From assembly GCF_000299365.1 (NCBI RefSeq), contig NC_018655.1, forward strand, positions 960,001 to 992,000: a stretch of DNA of 32,000 bases. Direction: 5' to 3'. Shown one piece after another: positions 18,090-25,587 of the stretch. Origin of the DNA: Candidatus Nitrosopumilus koreensis AR1 (lineage in GTDB: Archaea > Thermoproteota > Nitrososphaeria > Nitrososphaerales > Nitrosopumilaceae). Positions within the stretch are counted from its first letter, which is position 1. Every line of letters begins with the position of its first letter. Made by a program: the position numbers and the translations under genes. The notes under the pieces are model-generated. The model made no database searches. It was not told the origin of the DNA and was given only the letters and a program-made list of their open reading frames with translations.

Positions 18090-18215
18090 TTAAGATTCAG
18101 GCCAATTGCCATTGCATTCTAAGCACATTCCACGCATTCCAGAATAACGTACTTCATCGACAATTATTGCTGGTTTATGACAAGCTAAACAAATAGTATA
18201 ACACATTATTCGCAT
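18090..18215 (-). CDS. 41-aa zinc-ribbon microprotein upstream of the regulator
   Basis: ATG..TAA ORF not in the track: MRIMCYTICLACHKPAIIVDEVRYSGMRGMCLECNGNWPES, with two CxxC pairs. It ends 34 nt upstream of the regulator start on the same strand. Confidence 0.4.
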   Translation of the reverse strand: MRIMCYTICLACHKPAIIVDEVRYSGMRGMCLECNGNWPES

Positions 18216-18248
18216 ATTAGTAAAATAGGACTATTTTCATAAATATTT

Positions 18249-18270
18249 CAATTAACAAAAATGTTAATTG
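18249..18270. promoter_or_regulatory. perfect 9-4-9 inverted repeat (CAATTAACA-aaaa-TGTTAATTG), candidate operator
   Basis: It sits in the divergent intergenic region between the Zn-ribbon/regulator operon and the cyclase gene. It lies directly distal to an AAATATTT TATA-like element, 33 nt from the ATG at 18215. A related core occurs upstream of the paralogous regulator. Confidence 0.4.
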
Positions 18271-18393
18271 TTACAATAGTAGCTAATGAAAATTAATCTA
18301 TATTACGCACAAAACCATCAAAAATTACAAAATTATACAAAAAAGTTCCCATAACATTAAAAATTATCTTCATAAAATAAGAAATGAATTGTA

Positions 18394-19569
18394 TTGAGTA
18401 ATGAGGCACCTGAAGATTTAATCTACGCAGCATTTTTTTTCACAGACATTGTAGGATTGTCAAATCCCATTATTTCAACAGAGACCCAAAAAATGAAAAT
18501 TGAAAAATTAAATTCAATGATCTATGACTGTAAAACTTTTGCATTAACCAAAAAAAATGAATTATTTATTTTACCAACTGGAGATGGGATGCTACTTGCG
18601 TTCAAAGATGGATTAGAGCAACCCGTCTCTCTTGCAGTAGAACTGCATCAGAAACTCAGAAGATATAACGAACAAGCATATGATACTGAAAAGATCTTTA
18701 TTAGAATTGGGTGCAATGTAGGCCATATTTTTATTGTAAAAGACATGTTTGGAAATGTCAATTTATGGGGGCCAGGTGCAGTTCTTGCAAGAAGAGTGAT
18801 GGATCTGGGGGAATCTAACCACATTTTAATTCCTTCAAGCATGGTCAATGATCTCTTTGAATTATCAAATGACTATGAGAAAATGATTTTTCCCATTCAA
18901 AATTTTACAATAAAACACGGAGAAGATCTTTTAGTTTACTCTATACACGGTTCAGAATTTGGAAATAGTGAACCTCCAAAAAAAACTAATCAAATTACTA
19001 AAACACAATCAAATCATAGTTCCACATGTCAAAAGATTATTTTTAATATAAAAATAAAAGATTCAGAAAAAAACAATTTAGCATTTGAAAGGATTTATGA
19101 TTTTGTAAATAATTCAACAGAACCGATATATGATATTCAAATTGAAATTATGTCACATACAAAACTAGACATTGGTGATTTAAACATAAGAGCGTTTGAT
19201 GAAAACAAACAAGAATTAGAAATATCAAAAATTACATCTACTGATTTTTCCAAACAATTAACCATAAAACTAGCACGACCAGTCTTTAAAGGAAGTCAAG
19301 GACGCATAATCAGAGTAACATATGAAAAAAATGAACCAAGTAATTTCTTTGAACATAGATTTTTGATGGATACTGATAGTTTTGAATTAAATTTGATCAC
19401 ACCAAAAAATGTTTCAAACATACATCCAAAATTCTTTCTAATAGACAAAAACAATAAAAAAACTTGTCTAGAAGAAACACAAAAAACATCTAAAGGAATG
19501 TCATATGTTACTTCATGGCAAAAAAATGATAAAATATTTTTTGACGATATAATTAGAGTGGAATATTAG
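18394..19569 (+). CDS. class III nucleotidyl cyclase homology domain protein with unknown beta-rich C-terminal domain
   Basis: 391 aa with a TTG start. The N-terminal ~165 aa follow the cyclase pattern: FFFTDIVGLS (metal Asp 1), LPTGDGMLLAF (metal Asp 2), IRIGCNVGHI and WGPGAVLARR. The C-terminal ~200 aa have no recognisable motif. Confidence 0.6.
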   Translation: MSNEAPEDLIYAAFFFTDIVGLSNPIISTETQKMKIEKLNSMIYDCKTFALTKKNELFILPTGDGMLLAFKDGLEQPVSLAVELHQKLRRYNEQAYDTEKIFIRIGCNVGHIFIVKDMFGNVNLWGPGAVLARRVMDLGESNHILIPSSMVNDLFELSNDYEKMIFPIQNFTIKHGEDLLVYSIHGSEFGNSEPPKKTNQITKTQSNHSSTCQKIIFNIKIKDSEKNNLAFERIYDFVNNSTEPIYDIQIEIMSHTKLDIGDLNIRAFDENKQELEISKITSTDFSKQLTIKLARPVFKGSQGRIIRVTYEKNEPSNFFEHRFLMDTDSFELNLITPKNVSNIHPKFFLIDKNNKKTCLEETQKTSKGMSYVTSWQKNDKIFFDDIIRVEY

Positions 19570-19576
19570 ACGTACA

Positions 19577-20284
19577 CTACAACCCCAAAATCATTCGAAA
19601 TCCCTTGTTTTTAGACAATCTAGCAAAATCATGATCCACACGTAATTTTTCTTTGCAAACTAAATCATGTTTACATATATTTTCTAAAATTTCAAGACAT
19701 TTGGATTCATTTTCCAAAAATAATTCACATTTTGCCTGAGCATAAAGTGTTTTGAAATCATCATTTTTAACGTCTAATGCATGTGCAAAACAATCATTAG
19801 ATTCAACATATTTTTTCAGATGAAAAAAACACAATCCTTTGTTATACCAAAATTCATTATCCAGTTGTTTTTCATTAATAGCTAGATCGGCATATAACAG
19901 TGCTTTTTCAAACTTGTGAGCTTTTTTCAGTCGTTCTGCCTTTTTGTTACTTTGCAGATAGTTTTGATTTCTTTCTTCAGCTGCTTTGTTAAAACACTCT
20001 ATTGCTTCAGCATGGTGAGTTAATTGCATTAAAAGAAGTCCCTTTAAGAAAAAAGTTTCATAGCTTTTTTTGTGTACAGACAAATCTTTGTCAAGACAGT
20101 TCACGGCATCCTCATACTCCCCCAATTCACAGCAATGCACAGCTCGAGAATACCAAAAATTTTCAGATTCTTCTTCTTGTTTAATTTGAGTTGCTTTATT
20201 TGTCAGTTTCAGCGCCTCCTCGAATTTTTTATCCTTTTTTAATTTCTCAGCTTTTTTTGCATAAAATGAGGATATGTCATTCAT
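19577..20284 (-). CDS. tetratricopeptide-repeat (TPR) protein
   Basis: 235 aa with repeated W/F-Y-x-(K/R)-(A/G)-x5-(L/G)-x-Y-x-(E/D)-(A/S) units, e.g. FWYSRAVHCCELGEYEDAVNCLDK and FWYNKGLCFFHLKKYVESNDCFAHAL. Confidence 0.7.
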   Translation of the reverse strand: MNDISSFYAKKAEKLKKDKKFEEALKLTNKATQIKQEEESENFWYSRAVHCCELGEYEDAVNCLDKDLSVHKKSYETFFLKGLLLMQLTHHAEAIECFNKAAEERNQNYLQSNKKAERLKKAHKFEKALLYADLAINEKQLDNEFWYNKGLCFFHLKKYVESNDCFAHALDVKNDDFKTLYAQAKCELFLENESKCLEILENICKHDLVCKEKLRVDHDFARLSKNKGFRMILGL

Positions 20285-20354
20285 AATATCTCAATTATTT
20301 TATTCGTATTATGTTTTTTCAAATTTAGATTGTTAGTTGCACGAAACTCCATTT

Positions 20355-21080
20355 TTACCGATTTTTTAATTGAACCTTGTAAGCAGGGTAGGCAGACTTG
20401 AAGCCCACATTGTATCCACGGATTTGTTTGAAACTATATTTTTCTATTTTTTTTACAATCTCACGCAAATCTCCACCAATAACAAATTCATTATTTTGAG
20501 CAAGATGATTTATTTTTGTACACATGTTTACTGGAGGTCCTATCATATCAATTTCTACAGATTTGTTTGTATTCATGATTATAACACTGCCATAGTCCAT
20601 ACTTATCCTATAGTTTAAGGAAGGTAATTTTTTTAAAATTAATTCTCTAGAAATAATTTTTTGCGCCTTTGTCATTACCAAACCGCAATCAATAGATCTT
20701 CGCACATGTTCTAGATTATTTCCATTTTCAGACAGTGGGAAATAAAATAACAAACAATCGCCCACATTTTTAATTACTTTGCCATCAAACTTTCCCACAA
20801 TTACTGCCATTGAATTCAAAAAAGTTTCATAGTATTTCATAAGATTATCTCTAGATAATGATGCAGAAATTCTCGTTGAATTTACCATATCCACACAGCC
20901 CACACAGTATGCACGAGATTTTGTGGCAAATGCAACCAAATAATCTGAAATTCCCATAGGATCAGAATCAGTTTCTCGTAATGGATACTTTAGAATAGAA
21001 TAGGGAGGAGGTTCTAAATTTTGCACTACACCATCATTTGATAGTAATTCAGATAAATTTACACCTGCTTCCCATCTCAT
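20355..21080 (-). CDS. class III nucleotidyl (adenylyl-type) cyclase homology domain protein
   Basis: 241 aa. Motifs: CVGCVDMVNST (metal Asp 1), GKVIKNVGDCLLFYF (K-x-x-G-D, carrying the purine-specifying Lys position and metal Asp 2), YRISMDYGSV and MIGPPVNMCTKI (Asn present, Arg replaced by Lys). Confidence 0.65.
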   Translation of the reverse strand: MRWEAGVNLSELLSNDGVVQNLEPPPYSILKYPLRETDSDPMGISDYLVAFATKSRAYCVGCVDMVNSTRISASLSRDNLMKYYETFLNSMAVIVGKFDGKVIKNVGDCLLFYFPLSENGNNLEHVRRSIDCGLVMTKAQKIISRELILKKLPSLNYRISMDYGSVIIMNTNKSVEIDMIGPPVNMCTKINHLAQNNEFVIGGDLREIVKKIEKYSFKQIRGYNVGFKSAYPAYKVQLKNR

Positions 21081-21248
21081 GATTATATTACGTAAAAAAT
21101 TGTGTTATAGTTTGGTTAGCTCGTATGGTAATACTTTAGGAAAACAGCTACTTACATGATATATTTTCTAAAAATACTCAAAAAATAATGACATCAGGTA
21201 TGAGAATTATGAAAATATTAATTTATCATTAGTGTAACGTTATTAAAA

Positions 21249-22082
21249 ATGATAAAACAGCCAAGACCTCAAGATTTTGTCCAAAGAAGCAATTTGAGGG
21301 GATTTTCAGTGTTAATTTTTGACTGGAGTGTGATTTTTAGTGTAATAGGAATTAGTATTTGGGCCGATAGTTGGATAGTATATCTAATTTCAGTTTGGGT
21401 AATTGGAGCATTTCAATATGCAATTGGAGAATCTCTATTCCATGAAGCGTCACATGGAAATTTGTTTAAGACTAAAAAATTAAATGATTACTTGGAATGG
21501 CTTTATGCAATTCCATTTTTTGTAGACATGAATCAATACAGAAAAGAACACACAGACCATCATTATAAAATGAATACAAAAGATGATCATATAGTTAGAG
21601 ACTATAACATTCATGGACTCAATAATCCTAAAAAGAATCTCTTTTGGATGTGGTTTGTAAAACCAGTTATCGGATATGCAGGTCTTTTTTATCTTAGATT
21701 TGCAATTCAGTTAAACCCTCTAAAGAGTTCCATAAAATTTGCAATATTTTGGATACCAGTGATTGCCATATGCTGGCATTTTGAAGTATTACACATACTA
21801 GCGATGTATTGGTTTGTTCCATTTTTGTGGTCATTTGCTAGTTTCTTTTATTGGGCAGAAATTTCAGAACACTATAACACAAAATCAGGCAGCAGATCAG
21901 ACTTGGGGTTTTTGAAAAATTTGTTCCACCACAATGGTGGATACCACTACATACATCACAAGTATCCTACAATTCCATGGTACAAGTTACCTGAAGCTCA
22001 CAAAGTATTTGCCCCATCAGACATAGACATTTCATATGGATTTGTAGACACATACAGACAAATGAAAAATAATCAACAGTAA
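21249..22082 (+). CDS. membrane fatty-acid-desaturase-family (di-iron, three His-box) protein
   Basis: 277 aa with several TM helices and three His boxes: HEASH, HTDHH and HYIHH. Confidence 0.65.
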   Translation: MIKQPRPQDFVQRSNLRGFSVLIFDWSVIFSVIGISIWADSWIVYLISVWVIGAFQYAIGESLFHEASHGNLFKTKKLNDYLEWLYAIPFFVDMNQYRKEHTDHHYKMNTKDDHIVRDYNIHGLNNPKKNLFWMWFVKPVIGYAGLFYLRFAIQLNPLKSSIKFAIFWIPVIAICWHFEVLHILAMYWFVPFLWSFASFFYWAEISEHYNTKSGSRSDLGFLKNLFHHNGGYHYIHHKYPTIPWYKLPEAHKVFAPSDIDISYGFVDTYRQMKNNQQ

Positions 22083-22154
22083 ATTTTCATCAACCTGAAC
22101 AAATTAGCATCATAGCTAACCAGACCACATATAGGAAATTATCACATCTAAATT

Positions 22155-22427
22155 ATGAAAGCATATCATTTTACCATATCAGATAATTTAATGGAAAATA
22201 TCAAAAATTATCACAATCATTATTGTCAAACCAACAACACACGAGAGTTGAGGCAAACAATCACTATTTTGTTAAAATATGTTCTAGAAGATATCAAAGA
22301 TATTCCATTAAAGGAAGTTATTTCAATTGAGGTATTCTTCAGAGATAAAGAATACATTTTAGAGGAATTTTTAGACATTACAACTATAACATTTCAAACA
22401 GACGACTATTTGAGACAATACGCATGA
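22155..22427 (+). CDS. hypothetical protein (90 aa)
   Basis: ATG ORF in an otherwise empty interval. No motif recognised. Confidence 0.35.
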   Translation: MKAYHFTISDNLMENIKNYHNHYCQTNNTRELRQTITILLKYVLEDIKDIPLKEVISIEVFFRDKEYILEEFLDITTITFQTDDYLRQYA

Positions 22428-22480
22428 ATTCTAGAAATTTTTAGAGCAAAATAGAGCAATAATTATTTTTCATTATCTAG

Positions 22481-24154
22481 TTATTTAACATAAGAAGGAA
22501 ATGAATCATCAAGTAACACTTCATTTCTAGTATAGTCAACATCAACTGCAATTACAATTGGTTTGTCTTGTACTAGTTTTGCATCTTTTAGAGATTGTTC
22601 AAATTCCTGAGAAGATTTTACATGAAATCCCTTTGCACCAAAACTTTCTGCAATTTTAACAAAGTCAGGATTTCCAAATTCTGTAAATACACTTTTCCCA
22701 AATTCATGTTTTTGTTTGGTTGAAATTAGATTATAGTCATTATCAACCCATACAATTATGATAATAGGTAATTTCAGACGTACTGCAGTCTCTATCTCTT
22801 GAACATTCATCAAGAATCCTCCATCACCAGTCATTGCAACAATTGTTTTTTTTGGAAAAACTAGTTTTGCAGCAATTGTACCAGGAAGAGCAAATCCCAT
22901 CGATGCAAATCCATTTGGGATTATGCATGTGTTTGGCTCAAATGTCTGATAAATTTTTGAAATCCACAATTTATGGGTTCCAACATCAGAAATTACAATG
23001 TCTTTATGATCAAGTGCTTCTCTAACATCAAGGATTAGTTTTTCAGGTTTTATTGGGTATGCGTCATCGTCTTTGAACATGTTTATTCTGTCAATTACTT
23101 CTGAGCGAACTTTTTGGAAAATTTCGGGAATTTCCTTTCTAGGAAACGAATCAAAAGAAGGATGTTGAGATTGCAATGTTTCAATCTCTTCTAAAATAGA
23201 CTCCATAGCAGCGCCAATATCTGAATCAATTTCAACATCAGGTCGATAAAATGTGTAGACCTCAGAAGGTGTAAAATCAACATGAATTATTTTTTTATTT
23301 AGATCAGAATTCCACATCTTTGGGGAATATTCCACCAAATCATATCCCACAGATATTATTACATCAGCCTCCAATACTGCTTGCAAGGCATGATCTGCAG
23401 ACTTTATACCAATAGTCTGAAGATGAGTTTCACAGTCATCAGGAATAACTCCTTTACCCATGAATGTGTTAATTGAGAAAATTTTTGTTTTCTCTACAAA
23501 CTTTCTAATTTGTGTACTCTCATCTTCTCGAGCACATCCGTTTCCAACAATCAGAAGGGGTTTTTTTGCCTCTAGAATCATTTTTGCTGCTTTTTTTATT
23601 TGGTCTTGGTTTGCCTTTGGTCTGAAAATATTCTGAAACCCAATTGGAGGAATGTCTGACTCTCGTTTTGCTATATCTTGAGGAAGCTCAATGTGAGTGG
23701 CTCCGGGTTTTTCTGTGAGTGCAATCTTGAATGCCCTTCGTACAATTTCTGGAATGTTTTGAGGATTTCGTATAGACCAACTCCACTTGGTAATTGGTTC
23801 AAACATCTTTACGACATTGAGATTCTGATGAGACTCTTTATGCAAAAGATGAGAGTCAGTTTGTCCCGTAATTGCCAGTAATCTGGATCTATCCATGTTT
23901 GCATTTGCAACACCAGTTACAAGATTAGTGGCTCCAGGACCAAGGGTTGCCAAACATACACCAACACGTCCCGTCAACCTACCATAAACATCTGCCATGA
24001 ATGCAGCACCCTGTTCATGTCTAGTGAGAATAAATTTGATTTTTGATTCTGAAAGTGACATCATAAGATCTGCATTTTCTTCACCAGGAATTCCAAAGAT
24101 GTATTCAACACCCTCAGATTCCAGACATTTAACCAATAGATCAGATGCTTTCAT
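22481..24154 (-). CDS. thiamine-diphosphate-dependent enzyme, acetolactate-synthase-like
   Basis: 557 aa. The N-terminal part LLVKCLESEGVEYIFGIPGEEN...RHEQGAAFMADVYGRLTGR..GVCLATLGPGATN and the C-terminal GDGGFLMN TPP-binding motif are both present. Confidence 0.85.
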   Translation of the reverse strand: MKASDLLVKCLESEGVEYIFGIPGEENADLMMSLSESKIKFILTRHEQGAAFMADVYGRLTGRVGVCLATLGPGATNLVTGVANANMDRSRLLAITGQTDSHLLHKESHQNLNVVKMFEPITKWSWSIRNPQNIPEIVRRAFKIALTEKPGATHIELPQDIAKRESDIPPIGFQNIFRPKANQDQIKKAAKMILEAKKPLLIVGNGCAREDESTQIRKFVEKTKIFSINTFMGKGVIPDDCETHLQTIGIKSADHALQAVLEADVIISVGYDLVEYSPKMWNSDLNKKIIHVDFTPSEVYTFYRPDVEIDSDIGAAMESILEEIETLQSQHPSFDSFPRKEIPEIFQKVRSEVIDRINMFKDDDAYPIKPEKLILDVREALDHKDIVISDVGTHKLWISKIYQTFEPNTCIIPNGFASMGFALPGTIAAKLVFPKKTIVAMTGDGGFLMNVQEIETAVRLKLPIIIIVWVDNDYNLISTKQKHEFGKSVFTEFGNPDFVKIAESFGAKGFHVKSSQEFEQSLKDAKLVQDKPIVIAVDVDYTRNEVLLDDSFPSYVK

Positions 24155-24160
24155 GCCAGA

Positions 24161-24331
24161 TCAAATTTTAGAAAGAATCTTCTTCTTTTTTTCTTGAAAC
24201 TCTTTGTTAGTGATAATTCCTGCCTGGTTTAGGTGGCCTAGTTTTTCTAACAATTCCAGCTGGTCTGCAGTAGAAGAAGAAAGATTTTTGCTTGTGGCAA
24301 TTCCTTTTTTATTCCTAATCGAGTTCCTTTT
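24161..24331 (-). other. start-less open frame encoding a SHOCT-like C-terminal domain
   Basis: The frame reads KRNSIRNKKGIATSKNLSSSTADQLELLEKLGHLNQAGIITNKEFQEKKKKILSKI*. The tail fits the SHOCT pattern (L..L..L...G.IT..EF...K..IL). No ATG or GTG is present. The frame overlaps the 3' end of 24315..24686 in a different frame at an A6 run. Confidence 0.5.
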
Positions 24332-24686
24332 TTAATTTAGAGCCCAAAATCCCACTTTTTTTGAGAATGTTGTCACTGATTTTATGGCCTTTTTTCTGAG
24401 CCTGTGAAATAAATTCTTCAGATTTTTGTTTTGTGATGTCATCTATTGCAATACGCTTTCTTGCAAGTCTGGTCAAATCTTGAGTTTTCTTTTTGGCAAG
24501 ATGGGTCTGAAATTTTATATCTTTTATGATTTCATCTTTTGTTTTTCTTTTGAAGCGTCTAGTATACTCTTCAATAAGCAATACAGGAAAAGGTGAAAAT
24601 TCCACATCAAGATAATATTTGATAATGGTGTCATCAGGCAATGTTTTAAGATATTCTTTAATTGATTTTTCAGATTTAATATTCAC
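24315..24686 (-). CDS. hypothetical protein (123 aa), possibly the frameshifted N-terminal part of a SHOCT-domain protein
   Basis: ATG ORF encoding a Lys-rich helical protein. It stops 5 codons after an A6 homopolymer, where the SHOCT frame opens. Confidence 0.5.
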   Translation of the reverse strand: MNIKSEKSIKEYLKTLPDDTIIKYYLDVEFSPFPVLLIEEYTRRFKRKTKDEIIKDIKFQTHLAKKKTQDLTRLARKRIAIDDITKQKSEEFISQAQKKGHKISDNILKKSGILGSKLKKELD

Positions 24687-24798
24687 ATGTTAATTTCAAA
24701 ACCAGTATTAAAAAACATTCATGTGTTCTATTAACCAATTAAGATACAAAGAAAACATAAAATTCAATCATTAAATAGAATCATGACCATATAATTAC

Positions 24799-25239
24799 AT
24801 GTCAATAAAAATCAAAAAAATTCTAGTTCCATATGATGCTACTCCCAGCAGTGAAAAAGCAGTAAAAAAGATATTACCTCTCATTGAAAAACATGATTCT
24901 AAAATTATATTTTTAACGTGTATTCATGACAAAGCAACATTTGGGTTTTTCAAAACAAAATCAGATAAAAGAGAAATTGAGCAGGAAAAAAAGAAAATGG
25001 AGCAATATCATGAACGCTTAAAAAAAGAAGCTGCAAAATTTGGGATTCCATCAAGTTCTAAAATTATCAAGAGCGACCTAGAATCAAGGTCAATCATAGA
25101 ATATGCAAGGGATCAGAATGTAGACCTCATAGTAATGAGCAAATCAAAAATGGGAACTCATGCTGAAAAATTATACTATAACAGCACAGTTGATGCAGTC
25201 TTTAATAAAACTCCGTGTCCATTATTGTACATTCCATAA
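24799..25239 (+). CDS. universal stress protein (UspA family)
   Basis: 146 aa. KKILVPYDATPSSEKA...DLIVMSKSKMG...STVDAVFNKTPCPLLYIP matches the USP pattern. Confidence 0.8.
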   Translation: MSIKIKKILVPYDATPSSEKAVKKILPLIEKHDSKIIFLTCIHDKATFGFFKTKSDKREIEQEKKKMEQYHERLKKEAAKFGIPSSSKIIKSDLESRSIIEYARDQNVDLIVMSKSKMGTHAEKLYYNSTVDAVFNKTPCPLLYIP

Positions 25240-25252
25240 AAATTTTAGAGCA

Positions 25253-25546
25253 TCATAATTTTTCGCAGGAACCGCCAATTTTTCGCCAGCTTTTTCCACC
25301 CTCACGTCTGCATTGGGTTTTTGTCACTTTTCTTGACAAGACACCCCTGCAATTTTTTTCAAGATAACAAGTGCCCAATGTCCTAGTGGTTTTTGTGCCA
25401 TGATGTGGTTTTTTTGGAGTTTTTGCAGTGATTCTGCCCGTAGATAATGTGGGTTTTGCTTTTACAATACGCTTACGTTTTGAAATTAATGGTTTTTTGA
25501 TTTTTGGGATTCTAGGTTTTCTAATTACAGGTTTACGGATTGACAC
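25253..25546 (-). CDS. highly basic small protein with C-terminal 4-Cys cluster (97 aa)
   Basis: ATG ORF with an N-terminal K/R/P-rich part (IRKPVIRKPRIPKIKKPLISKRKR). The C-terminal pattern is C-x6-C-x12-C-x13-C. No family recognised. Confidence 0.4.
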   Translation of the reverse strand: MSIRKPVIRKPRIPKIKKPLISKRKRIVKAKPTLSTGRITAKTPKKPHHGTKTTRTLGTCYLEKNCRGVLSRKVTKTQCRREGGKSWRKIGGSCEKL

Positions 25547-25587
25547 ATGTTTAGTTAGAAGATTTAGTATTAAACTAATTCTATAAT

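Noticed and set aside
17243-21080. Labelling the cyclase cluster as a Pycsar/CBASS-type antiviral defence system.
   Set aside because: I found no recognisable effector nearby (cNMP-binding domain, TIR, patatin, endonuclease, or pore-forming TM effector fused to a sensor) and no other defence genes. Only the cyclase homology supports the idea, so it stays a hypothesis within the finding and is not a call.
21088-21242. Two 8-bp ACGT-core palindromes, TTACGTAA (21088-21095) and TAACGTTA (21235-21242), each lie about 6-7 nt from the start codons of the divergent cyclase and desaturase genes.
   Set aside because: Eight-bp palindromes are expected by chance in a 168-nt AT-rich spacer, and the two sequences are not the same motif. 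Their symmetric placement is noted, but it is not strong enough to call a regulatory site.
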